Source of the DNA: Bacteroidales bacterium
GTDB lineage: Bacteria > Bacteroidota > Bacteroidia > Bacteroidales > UBA1715
Assembly (NCBI GenBank): GCA_017552705.1
Contig: JAFZOY010000010.1
Location: 3,486-67,485, forward strand
Direction of reading: 5' to 3'
Length of the DNA stretch: 64,000 nt
Shown here: positions 56,107 to 64,000 of the stretch, piece by piece
Layout of the letters: every line of letters begins with the position of its first letter
Position numbering within the stretch: position 1 is the stretch's first letter
The notes under the pieces: generated by a model
Told to the model about the DNA's origin: nothing
The model's database searches: none
What the model saw: the letters and a program-made list of their open reading frames with translations, nothing else
Translations under genes and position numbers: made by a program

Positions 56107-57384
56107 ATGCTTACAGTTCAGTTAATTCGGGAAAATCCTGAATTTGTTGTTAAAAGACTTGCTATCAAGAACTTCGACGCAAAAGAGGCTGTCGAAAAAA
56201 TAATCGCCTTAGATGAAAAACGTATTGCAATTCAAAAAGATTTGAATGCAAAACAATCCGAAATCAACTCTTTATCGAAAGAAATTGGTGCACTTTTCGC
56301 ACAAAAAAAGGTTGATGAAGCTAACGCAGCAAAGGAAAAAACAGGCGAACTCAAGGAAGCCATCAAAAATCTGGATCAAGAAATGTCCGATGTGGCTTCA
56401 CAGTTGCAAAAAGAAATTGTTCTATTGCCAAACCTTCCGGCTGAGATTGTTCCAGTTGGAAAAACCGCCGACGACAATGTGGTGGTAAAATCACAAGAAG
56501 GTGTGGTTCCTGCAGAAGCTAATCTTCTGTGTCACTGGGAATTGGCAGAGAAATACAATTTGATTGATTTTGAACTTGGAAATAAACTGACAGGTGCAGG
56601 CTTCCCTGTATATGTTGATGTGGGCGCAAAATTGCAACGTGCGCTGATTTCGTTCTTCCTCGACCGTGCAACAGCAGCAGGCTACAAGGAATATCAACCA
56701 CCAATCATGGTAAACGAAGCATCTGGTTTCGGAACAGGGCAACTTCCTGATAAAGAAGGACAAATGTATTATGTTGGTTTGGATAATCTCTATCTCATCC
56801 CAACAGCCGAAGTTCCGGTAACCAACATTTTCCGTGATGTGATTGTAAAAGAAAGTGATTTTCCAATCAAATGTACCGCCTACACGCCATGTTTCCGTCG
56901 TGAAGCTGGCTCGTACGGAAAAGATGTTCGTGGTTTGAACCGCCTTCACCAATTCGACAAGGTGGAAATCGTCCGTATCGAACATCCTGAACGTTCTTAT
57001 CAAGCTCTTGACGAGATGGTTGCACACGTGGAATCGTTGGTTCAGGCTCTTGGACTTACATACAGAATCGTACGTTTGTGCGGTGGTGATATGAGTTTCA
57101 CCTCAGCGTTGACTTACGATTTCGAGGTATTCTCCGCTGGACAAAAACGTTGGTTGGAAGTCAGCTCAGTTTCAAATTTCGAAACATTCCAGGCAAACCG
57201 CTTGAAATTGCGTTACAAAGACGAAAAAACGAAAAAAACTGTGCTCGCCCACACACTGAACGGTAGCGCCTTGGCATTGCCTAGAATCGTGGCTTCAATA
57301 CTCGAAAATTACCAAACTGCCGACGGAATTAAAGTTCCTGACGTATTGGTTCCATATATGGGAGGTTTGACGATAATTAAATAG
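56107..57384 (+). CDS. serS: Serine--tRNA ligase
   Basis: There is an N-terminal coiled-coil arm. The class II motifs are TAYTPCFRREAGSYGKDVRGLNRLHQFDKVE and GSALALPR. Confidence 0.95.
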   Translation: MLTVQLIRENPEFVVKRLAIKNFDAKEAVEKIIALDEKRIAIQKDLNAKQSEINSLSKEIGALFAQKKVDEANAAKEKTGELKEAIKNLDQEMSDVASQLQKEIVLLPNLPAEIVPVGKTADDNVVVKSQEGVVPAEANLLCHWELAEKYNLIDFELGNKLTGAGFPVYVDVGAKLQRALISFFLDRATAAGYKEYQPPIMVNEASGFGTGQLPDKEGQMYYVGLDNLYLIPTAEVPVTNIFRDVIVKESDFPIKCTAYTPCFRREAGSYGKDVRGLNRLHQFDKVEIVRIEHPERSYQALDEMVAHVESLVQALGLTYRIVRLCGGDMSFTSALTYDFEVFSAGQKRWLEVSSVSNFETFQANRLKLRYKDEKTKKTVLAHTLNGSALALPRIVASILENYQTADGIKVPDVLVPYMGGLTIIK

Positions 57385-57419
57385 TTTGTATATTTGTTAT
57401 CTCAATTACAATTTCGAAT

Positions 57420-58355
57420 ATGAAAAAAAACAACGACGCGGACATTCAATCGGGATTTTCATCGGACGACGATGAATTACTCAACTTCACTCCTAACGAC
57501 AATGATGAGTTGGTAATTGAAACAGTTTCGTCAACCGAACAGCAAAATCCTACGGAAACGCCTACCATTGAGGTGGAAAAGCCTTCTGCCGAACCAACGG
57601 AGAAAGCGACAGAAACGGTGGAACCCGTCGTTGAAAAAATAGTTGAAGAAGTTGTTGAACCAGAAATCGAAGTCAAGCCAGACAATAGTGTACAGGAAGT
57701 TGCGGAGCAAGAAACTGAGATAGACGAGGAACTGAATAATCAAACAGATGAAGAGTATAATCAAAATGACGAAGAAATGGAAAAGAAACGTGCTAAAAGA
57801 ATAATCATTGTCCTTATTGCAATAATCGCGCTTTTGCTTTTACTGTTAGGCGGTTGCGTTTGGTTGTATTTTTCAAAAGTGAAACCATTGTTGGAACAAC
57901 CACCTGTGGAAGTCGTGAAAGATACTACTCCCGCTCCTGTGGTTGACACAGTGCCAAAAATTGTAGAGGAAGTAATCGACACAACTCCAGTTGACACTGT
58001 TGTGCCAGCCCCCAAGGTGTATTATCCAGAAAAACGCATCGCAGGAAAAAATAAAGTTCCTACCTCAGGTTGGCTGATTGGCTACCGAGCTACACCAAAC
58101 GAGGCTGAGGCTATCAAAACAGTTGCGGAATTATCGTATGTTGATAGTATTCCTTGTGGATATTATTGGATAAACGATGCACGAAAAGGTAAAAAGTTAT
58201 TTAAAGTCTATGTTGGTCCGTACAAAACCCAAGCGGAAGTTGAGGCTATCTTCCCAACCATAAAGGCTCGTGTGGCTGATGCCCACATTTACTCCGAAGA
58301 TGCCCAATTGCTTGAATTGTATCGTCAACAAAAACAAGTTTATACAGCAGAATAA
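57420..58355 (+). CDS. SPOR-domain membrane protein with an acidic low-complexity N-terminal region
   Basis: There is an E/T/V/P-rich N-terminal segment and a TM helix IIIVLIAIIALLLLLLGGCVWLYF. The C-terminal SPOR-like fold is GWLIGYRATPNEAEAIKTVAEL…FKVYVGPYKTQAEVEAIF. Confidence 0.75.
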   Translation: MKKNNDADIQSGFSSDDDELLNFTPNDNDELVIETVSSTEQQNPTETPTIEVEKPSAEPTEKATETVEPVVEKIVEEVVEPEIEVKPDNSVQEVAEQETEIDEELNNQTDEEYNQNDEEMEKKRAKRIIIVLIAIIALLLLLLGGCVWLYFSKVKPLLEQPPVEVVKDTTPAPVVDTVPKIVEEVIDTTPVDTVVPAPKVYYPEKRIAGKNKVPTSGWLIGYRATPNEAEAIKTVAELSYVDSIPCGYYWINDARKGKKLFKVYVGPYKTQAEVEAIFPTIKARVADAHIYSEDAQLLELYRQQKQVYTAE

Positions 58356-59629
58356 TGAATGTTTTATTGTTAGGTTCGGGTGGTCGTGAACATGCATTGG
58401 CATGGAAAATTGCACAAAGCCCGTTGTTGGAAAAATTATATATCGCGCCAGGAAACGCAGGAACAGCATCGGTAGGAACAAATCTACCGATCTCGGCTAC
58501 AGATTTCGAAGAAGTTAAAAAAGCGGTGCTTCAATATCAGATTTCAATGGTGGTTGTTGGTCCCGAAGATCCGCTTGTGAAAGGCGTGCACGATTTCTTT
58601 CTGAACGATGCCGATTTGAAGAAAATCCCAGTTATCGGTCCACAGAAATATGCTGCAACGCTTGAAGGTAGCAAGGAGTTCGCAAAGAATTTCATGATTC
58701 GCCACAATATTCCTACAGCAAAACATTTTACCGTAACTGCCGAAAATCTTCAAGCAGGATTTGACTTTTTGTCAAAACAAACGGCCCCATACGTCCTGAA
58801 AGCCGATGGATTGGCTGCCGGAAAAGGTGTATTGATTTTGAATGATTTTGAGGAAGCCAAGAAAGAACTTCAACAAATGCTTGACGGAAAATTTGGCGCC
58901 GCAAGCAAAACCGTTGTTCTTGAGGAATGCTTGAAAGGTATAGAAATGTCGGTGTTTGTGTTGACCGACGGCGAGGGATATGTGATTCTTCCCGAAGCAA
59001 AGGATTACAAACGTATTGGCGAACACGACACTGGTTTGAATACTGGCGGCATGGGCGCTGTTTCACCCGTTCCATTTGCCGACAAAGCACTGATGGACCG
59101 TGTGGAAAAGGAAATCATAAAACCGACTGTTGAAGGCTTAAAGAAAGACGGCATACCGTATTGCGGCTTTATTTTCTTTGGCTTGATGAACGACAACGGC
59201 ACGCCCAAAGTAATAGAATACAATGTTCGTATGGGCGATCCCGAAACCGAGGTTGTGATTCCTCGAATTAAATCGGATTTATTGCAACTGTTTGTCGCTG
59301 CAGCGAATAAGACTTTGTCGAATGAAAAAATCGAGATAAATCCATTTACGGCAACAACCGTTATGGCTGTTTCCGGCGGATATCCCGAAGCCTACGAAAA
59401 AGGCAAAACAATCTCATTCGACGAGGAATTTACCGACAGTATTGTGTTCCACGCTGGCACCAAGCTCGAAAACGGCGAGGTAAAAACCTCTGGTGGACGC
59501 GTTTTGGCAGTGACATCGCTTGGCGAGAACAAAAACGCCGCTTTGCAGAAATCGTATAAAAACATCGCAAAAATTCACTTCGATAAAATGTATTATCGCC
59601 GTGATATTGGAGCAGATTTGGATAAATAA
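58355..59629 (+). CDS. purD: Phosphoribosylamine--glycine ligase
   Basis: MNVLLLGSGGREHALAWK, KADGLAAGKGV and EYNVRMGDPE are present. Confidence 0.95.
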   Translation: MNVLLLGSGGREHALAWKIAQSPLLEKLYIAPGNAGTASVGTNLPISATDFEEVKKAVLQYQISMVVVGPEDPLVKGVHDFFLNDADLKKIPVIGPQKYAATLEGSKEFAKNFMIRHNIPTAKHFTVTAENLQAGFDFLSKQTAPYVLKADGLAAGKGVLILNDFEEAKKELQQMLDGKFGAASKTVVLEECLKGIEMSVFVLTDGEGYVILPEAKDYKRIGEHDTGLNTGGMGAVSPVPFADKALMDRVEKEIIKPTVEGLKKDGIPYCGFIFFGLMNDNGTPKVIEYNVRMGDPETEVVIPRIKSDLLQLFVAAANKTLSNEKIEINPFTATTVMAVSGGYPEAYEKGKTISFDEEFTDSIVFHAGTKLENGEVKTSGGRVLAVTSLGENKNAALQKSYKNIAKIHFDKMYYRRDIGADLDK

Positions 59630-60625
59630 ATGTTTCAGGTACTACAAAGAAATTCGTCGTTCAATTATGTGTTGCTCCCGATTGTGGCGTTGCTACTTTG
59701 GGGAATGAACATTATTGAACCTCATTTTGTAACACACTACTACGATTCCACGCCTATGGTTTTGTATAAACCGCTGATGGCTATTCAGAATGCAACGGAA
59801 TTGGGCGGACAACTTGTGGGAATTCTTATTGTGTGCCTTAACATTATAGCATTGGTAAAAGTGAACTCCAGCATTCGTTTGATTGAAAAACGCTCGGTTT
59901 TCTATATTTTATTGTACATTATTTTTTCGGCAAGTTTGCAGGATTTCAAACAATTGAATCCAATGCAACCAGCACTATTGTTCTTGATATTAGGTTTCGC
60001 ATCATTGTTTAAGATGTACAAGCAGGAACGGGAGTTGACCAGTATTTTCGAAGCTGGTGTTTGTGTGGCAATAGCAACGCTTTTCTACGCCCCATCAATA
60101 TACTTTGCGGTGGTTGTATTTATAGGTCTATTGGTATTGGTTCCTTTTTATTGGCGCCAATGGCTGGCGGCGTTGTTTGGTATTCTGCTACCTATTTTTA
60201 TAGTGTTCGCCATCTCATTTTGTTTCGACACGTTGCAGACACAGATACAAGTATGGAACGTAAATTTGTTTACCCAACGGACAATAACGTTTAACAGCCT
60301 GACACCACTGATTTTCTCACTATTTCTTGCCCTTTTATTCATACTTTCCTCGGTGTATGCCTTTTCGGGAGGATTGAAAAAAGTGGTATTGCGTAAATGC
60401 TACTTTATATTACTGCTATTCCTGGCATTGATACTTTCAGTATATTTGTTTATTCCGTATGTAGGAATAGAATTCCTATTTTTCGGAACCTTGCCTGTGG
60501 CGATTTATATCGCGAACTATATGGTGAACATTCGGAGCAAAATCTTCGCAGAAGCCTTATTCTTCCTCATAATTGCCTGCACGGTATGCGTGCAGATTTT
60601 CCCTGACATTACAATAAATTTGTAA
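59630..60625 (+). CDS. Polytopic integral membrane protein of unknown function
   Basis: By eye there are ~9 hydrophobic helices. The start codon directly follows the purD stop. Confidence 0.65.
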   Translation: MFQVLQRNSSFNYVLLPIVALLLWGMNIIEPHFVTHYYDSTPMVLYKPLMAIQNATELGGQLVGILIVCLNIIALVKVNSSIRLIEKRSVFYILLYIIFSASLQDFKQLNPMQPALLFLILGFASLFKMYKQERELTSIFEAGVCVAIATLFYAPSIYFAVVVFIGLLVLVPFYWRQWLAALFGILLPIFIVFAISFCFDTLQTQIQVWNVNLFTQRTITFNSLTPLIFSLFLALLFILSSVYAFSGGLKKVVLRKCYFILLLFLALILSVYLFIPYVGIEFLFFGTLPVAIYIANYMVNIRSKIFAEALFFLIIACTVCVQIFPDITINL

Positions 60626-60706
60626 AAATTGCAGGTAAACTCTTGACTTTTTATTCTGTTTTTGTACATTTGCACACCCAAAAAGACGATACCTACAACG
60701 ATATAT

Positions 60707-60779
60707 CGCGGGATAGAGCAGTTGGTAGCTCGTTAGGCTCATAACCTAAAGGTCGTCAGTTCGAGTCTGGCTCCCGCTA
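60707..60779 (+). tRNA. tRNA-Met (anticodon CAT); initiator-like backbone with a C1:U72 mismatch
   Basis: The sequence is CGCGGGATAGAGCAGTTGGTAGCTCGTTAGGCTCATAACCTAAAGGTCGTCAGTTCGAGTCTGGCTCCCGCTA. The D stem is GAGC/GCTC and the anticodon stem is TTAGG/CCTAA with loop CTCATAA. The T stem is GTCAG/CTGGC. CCA is not encoded. Confidence 0.85.
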
Positions 60780-62352
60780 CTAAACAGGACAAGTCGCAAG
60801 ATTTGTCCTGATTTTTTATATCTACATCCTCGTAATCGGTTGATATAGAGCGGAAAAGACCGAACACTGCGTTCTCCTCAACGGTTAGATAACACTTGTT
60901 CTCATTGTCCCAGTAAATGCCCCGGGGGTGGACCAGTTTCTGGATGCTTTGGCAGGTCTCGAAATCATTCTGACTCCACCAAGTGCCTAAATGCGAGGAC
61001 ATTGCGACGGTTGTACCGACATACTCAGTGAGGTTAGATAAATCTTCGTTTAGTCCATCCGCTTCCCGGGATAAATCTGCCTTCTTTTCCTCGAGTACCG
61101 CTATGGCATCGTTGCAAGTGGCTTCATCTATTTCCTCGAGTGCATATTTCAATCTTATGCCCTTCATCTTCTTGTCCAGCCCTTCTATCTGCTTCTCGAT
61201 TTCTTCCGCTTCTTCACGGTCTTTGTCATTCTTCTCGTAAAACTTGTCCGTGAGAACATCCTCCATTATGCATTGTAATTCTTCCGGGACCTTGTATTGG
61301 TCTAGCAGGTCGATATATGCCAGATGGACGGTGCTGGCGGACACATTGGCAGGATAGCCCTTCGTATTCGCCTTGTAATATGGGAAAGTCTGCCCGTTCT
61401 GCTTTCGGACGATGTAGCCAGTATAGGCACTACCATCTTTCGGGCATAGTATCGTTTTCTTCAGCGGGAATTCCGGCGTAATGTCCCGATGCTCATAGTG
61501 GTCGTGGTTGCCTTCCAAGTTCTCCTGCACCTTGTTGAACATTTCCTCGCTTATCAACGGCTCCTGCACTCCCTTTATACGCACGCCTTCGCCGAGATAC
61601 TTGTGCTCTATGTAGCCACAGTAAAACGGATTGCGGAGGATTTCGCTTAATCGCTGCTTGTACATCTTCAGTCCCCGGGCGTTGAGGCGACGAACGATTT
61701 CCTCATTGGACAAGTTCTCGTTTGCCTTCCACTCGAACGCCTTCCGGAGAACCTTCCCTTTCTCATTGACCGTGATGATATGCTTCTTCCCTTCTTTCCT
61801 CGAGTTATAGCCGAGTGGAGGTCTGCTATACCACTCCCCTCGCTTGATGCACTCTTTCATCCCTTCAGTGCACTTGTGTTTCCGTGCCGCATTGTCCATG
61901 TTGGCGACGATTATCATCATATTCTCGATGGACTCGGCGAAGAAGTTATCCTGCGAGATGGGTTGGTTGATGGCTATCAGCGTTATACCCTCGTTCTTTA
62001 ACTTCGTTTTCCACATTATCCCTTCGCTTGCATTTCGGGAAAAGCGGTCATAATCATAGCAGACGATGGTATTCACTTCCGGGTCCTTTGAGACCTCGCT
62101 CACCATCTCCAAAAACTTCTCTCCAGCCACCTTTGCACTTTCGTTGGTGGCTCCGTAATCGCATTTCTTGACCTTGATTCCGTGCCGCTCGCAGTACTCC
62201 ATACACGCATCTATCTGTGTCTGGATTGAGTTGTTATGCTTGAGTTGGTCCGCCGATGATACCCTGGACCAGATGACCGCCACCTGCTCCGGAGAGTTTT
62301 TCCTTCTCTCGATGATGCTCTCTGCTCTGCTCTTTCTCTTCTTCTTAATCAT
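60739..62352 (-). CDS. Large serine recombinase (resolvase catalytic domain, recombinase domain, zinc-ribbon/coiled-coil)
   Basis: The N-terminus is VAVIWSRVSSADQ (catalytic Ser), followed by YDYDRFSRN. The recombinase domain has GEWYSRPPLGYN, and Cys-containing and coiled-coil segments follow. The last ~25 codons run through the tRNA-Met terminator and into the tRNA itself (…LVAGARLELTTFRL*). Confidence 0.85.
   Translation of the reverse strand: MIKKKRKSRAESIIERRKNSPEQVAVIWSRVSSADQLKHNNSIQTQIDACMEYCERHGIKVKKCDYGATNESAKVAGEKFLEMVSEVSKDPEVNTIVCYDYDRFSRNASEGIMWKTKLKNEGITLIAINQPISQDNFFAESIENMMIIVANMDNAARKHKCTEGMKECIKRGEWYSRPPLGYNSRKEGKKHIITVNEKGKVLRKAFEWKANENLSNEEIVRRLNARGLKMYKQRLSEILRNPFYCGYIEHKYLGEGVRIKGVQEPLISEEMFNKVQENLEGNHDHYEHRDITPEFPLKKTILCPKDGSAYTGYIVRKQNGQTFPYYKANTKGYPANVSASTVHLAYIDLLDQYKVPEELQCIMEDVLTDKFYEKNDKDREEAEEIEKQIEGLDKKMKGIRLKYALEEIDEATCNDAIAVLEEKKADLSREADGLNEDLSNLTEYVGTTVAMSSHLGTWWSQNDFETCQSIQKLVHPRGIYWDNENKCYLTVEENAVFGLFRSISTDYEDVDIKNQDKSCDLSCLVAGARLELTTFRL
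60785..60817 (+). terminator. Hairpin plus T-run immediately after tRNA-Met
   Basis: CAGGACAA (60785-92), a 10-nt loop, TTGTCCTG (60803-10), then aTTTTTT. Confidence 0.65.
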
Positions 62353-62650
62353 GGCAACCGAATTGTGAATGCTTATTCCTGAACGACCTGTAGCCGATTT
62401 CTGCTATTGCATCGAAATAGTTGAGGATACGGAGCATATCGCCTTCGTCCGTAATCCCGAGTTTAATGAATTGGTTTCTTCTTGCATTGGTTAAATCTCT
62501 CTTAAAATACATTTGACTTGAGATTGGTCCTCTGTCTCCGCAAGAAATGGAGATAAGGTTATTGCCTTTTACGACCCCGTTACCATGACCGATAGTACGA
62601 GTTGAATGCCGATGGGAGGGGCTGAACCGTTTCCATTTGCAGATATACAA
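62345..62650 (-). CDS. Small hypothetical protein upstream of, and overlapping by 8 nt, the large serine recombinase gene
   Basis: The stop overlaps the recombinase start (GCCATGATTAA), suggesting translational coupling. An internal Met (MYFKRDLTNARRNQF…) is an alternative start. I recognised no family. Confidence 0.35.
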   Translation of the reverse strand: MYICKWKRFSPSHRHSTRTIGHGNGVVKGNNLISISCGDRGPISSQMYFKRDLTNARRNQFIKLGITDEGDMLRILNYFDAIAEIGYRSFRNKHSQFGCHD

Positions 62651-62673
62651 AAAAGATTTTTATCTGTGAAGTT

Positions 62674-63306
62674 TCACACGAACTTTTTGACTCTCTGCAG
62701 TGTCCCGAGGGAGGTCCCGGTTATCTTCTGGACGTTACGGAGCGAGATGCCTTTCCGGAGCAGGGAGATTTCCTTCTGGTATTGGTCTCTGTAGGTCTCG
62801 TCACTCTTGCGGTAGGTCGCCGGTCTGCCCATCTTAACCCCTTCTCGGCGGCATTTTGCGATGTATTGGTCACGACCGCTTGCCATCCTCTCCTTGATGG
62901 TCAGTCGCTCCATCGACGCTATCTCGAGCAGGATGGTACAGATAAGCGAGGCGACCGGATTGACCTTGCCATCCTCGTTGAGGGTGTTGAGGTTATAGTT
63001 CTTGATGTGGAGCGATACCCCGTTTTCGTTGAGGTAGTTGATGACCTTTAACGCCTCCAAGGTATTACGCCCCAGACGGTCGATAGAAAGGCACACGACA
63101 CGGTTTAGGCGATGTTCTTTGACATACTCCACCAGCCCGGAGATTTCCTCTCTGTCGGCGTTTTTGGTGGCTCCGCTGACCTTGTTGGCAAACACTTTCA
63201 CGACCGCCCAGTGCATCCGCTGGCAGTAGTCGGTCAGTTCCATTACCTGCCGCTCGTAGTCCTGTCGCTGCGTGGACACCCGAGCCAGAATTGCTACCTG
63301 CTCCAT
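62674..63306 (-). CDS. Small serine recombinase (resolvase/invertase type with a C-terminal HTH)
   Basis: MEQVAILARVSTQRQDYERQ (catalytic Ser), SIDRLGRN and a C-terminal HTH ISLRNVQKITGTSLGTLQRV are present. Confidence 0.85.
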   Translation of the reverse strand: MEQVAILARVSTQRQDYERQVMELTDYCQRMHWAVVKVFANKVSGATKNADREEISGLVEYVKEHRLNRVVCLSIDRLGRNTLEALKVINYLNENGVSLHIKNYNLNTLNEDGKVNPVASLICTILLEIASMERLTIKERMASGRDQYIAKCRREGVKMGRPATYRKSDETYRDQYQKEISLLRKGISLRNVQKITGTSLGTLQRVKKFV

Positions 63307-63309
63307 AAC

Positions 63310-63642
63310 CTACAGGACCGCTACGATGTTCTCCCACCGAAAAGACCTCCACGCCGCCTTCTCGACATCGAAATAGGCGGTTGTGGCGTAGTACTCCCGG
63401 CTGACACCGTTACCGTTGATATACCGCTCCACCAGTGCCTTGGAAGTCGTGCCGAATGCCTCACGGAGTTCCCCGGACTTCTTCGCATAGACGAAGTGGG
63501 CTACGCCGGTCCGCATCTGGTTCTTCACATTCTCCACCATCATCGCCTTCGCACCAGCCATCAGGGCGGAGTTGGTCCTTTTGCCGATGACCGCCATCCG
63601 GGTCAGGGTCATTGAGTCTGTTGTCGCAAGCATCGTATTCAT
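63310..63642 (-). CDS. Hypothetical 110-aa protein, first gene of the recombinase operon (possibly the Bacteroides DUF2693/SH3-barrel type; from memory, low certainty)
   Basis: The ORF lies 3 nt upstream of the resolvase gene, with coding-like composition matching the element. Confidence 0.45.
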   Translation of the reverse strand: MNTMLATTDSMTLTRMAVIGKRTNSALMAGAKAMMVENVKNQMRTGVAHFVYAKKSGELREAFGTTSKALVERYINGNGVSREYYATTAYFDVEKAAWRSFRWENIVAVL

Positions 63643-63786
63643 GTTGGTTATGGGTAAAAATGATTACTACCTGTTTCTTTATCTATAGCTAATATACGGC
63701 TATTATTTAACATATGCAAGTATTTGACAGAATATTTTTAATCTATGCAACATTTCTGTATCTTTGCCGGGTAGAACCAGAAAACG

Positions 63787-64000
63787 ATGGCTGAAATCAA
63801 CGGAAAACAGGAGCGGATGGTCGTGCATCTCGAGATTGGTGACCGTCACTACTACTACGGCAACCTGAAAGCCCTTTGTGACCATTGGGACAAGGATGCC
63901 CTCGGGGTCGGGTACGCCTATCTCCGGAACTACGGCATCAGCGAAGAAAAGCCCTTCCAGAATGCCAAATGCGTGATTCGCAGGGGAATCCTTGTCACTT
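63787..64000 (+). CDS. Hypothetical protein, 5' partial (runs off the window end)
   Basis: ATG 63787 gives MAEINGKQERMVVHLEIGDRHYYYGNLKALCDHWDKDALGVGYAYLRNYGISEEKPFQNAKCVIRRGILV, open to the window end. It is preceded by a TATCTTTG -7-like box. It is not in the ORF track because it is open-ended. Confidence 0.5.
   Translation, partial: MAEINGKQERMVVHLEIGDRHYYYGNLKALCDHWDKDALGVGYAYLRNYGISEEKPFQNAKCVIRRGILVT

Larger units (their letters stand above)
60780..64000. mobile_element. Left end of an integrated mobile element inserted next to tRNA-Met (continues beyond the window)
   Basis: From ~60.83 kb there is an abrupt, visible shift to higher GC (roughly 50 percent versus ~40 percent by eye). 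A 4-gene minus-strand operon containing two serine recombinases starts right at the tRNA 3' flank. Confidence 0.7.

Noticed and set aside
49396-60625. I looked for anything unusual in the long housekeeping block from ftsX to purD and the membrane protein
   Set aside because: The gene order, the overlaps (TAATG, ATGA), the terminators and the promoter boxes are ordinary for Bacteroidota core regions. Nothing beyond the annotated features is worth flagging.

Overview
This is a chromosomal window from a Bacteroidota (Bacteroidales-like) genome. The evidence is T9SS-type C-terminal sorting tails, TAnnTTTG-type promoter boxes, absence of Shine-Dalgarno spacing, and ftsX/small-membrane-protein/uppP/truB/queA synteny. 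About 60 genes are supported. Most are housekeeping: pheT, sod, ruvX, def, comEC, argH, argE-like, glyQS, ftsX, uppP, truB, queA, ung, rplU-rpmA, serS, purD, tRNA-His and tRNA-Met. Four regions stand out.

1. 22251..24482 is a tight 3-gene operon. It encodes an MreB-like actin homologue flanked by two short, divergent FtsZ/tubulin-like proteins. Both have the N-terminal GTPase domain only, with degenerate G-box signatures. I do not recognise it as a described system.

2. 39537..49132 is an 11-gene co-directional sulfur locus: cysK, a ThiS-like carrier ending GG-AF, a MoeB/ThiF E1, a DsrE-like protein, TusA, a JAMM protease, a family-2B (cNMP-domain) encapsulin shell, a cysteine desulfurase with a long N-terminal extension (start overlaps the shell stop, TAATG), two C-S lyases and cysE.

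3. 24483..31973 is an accessory stretch. It has orphan genes, a PD-(D/E)XK nuclease and an AAA ATPase separated by a ~45-50 bp direct repeat present 4 times. It also has a very AT-rich block of secreted orphan proteins between ruvX and def.

4. From ~60780 to the window end there is a higher-GC integrated element abutting tRNA-Met. It carries a 4-gene operon with a small and a large serine recombinase.

The window opens inside a giant RCC1-repeat/Ig-repeat secreted protein. All calls rest on reading the translations and sequence by eye; no database search was run.
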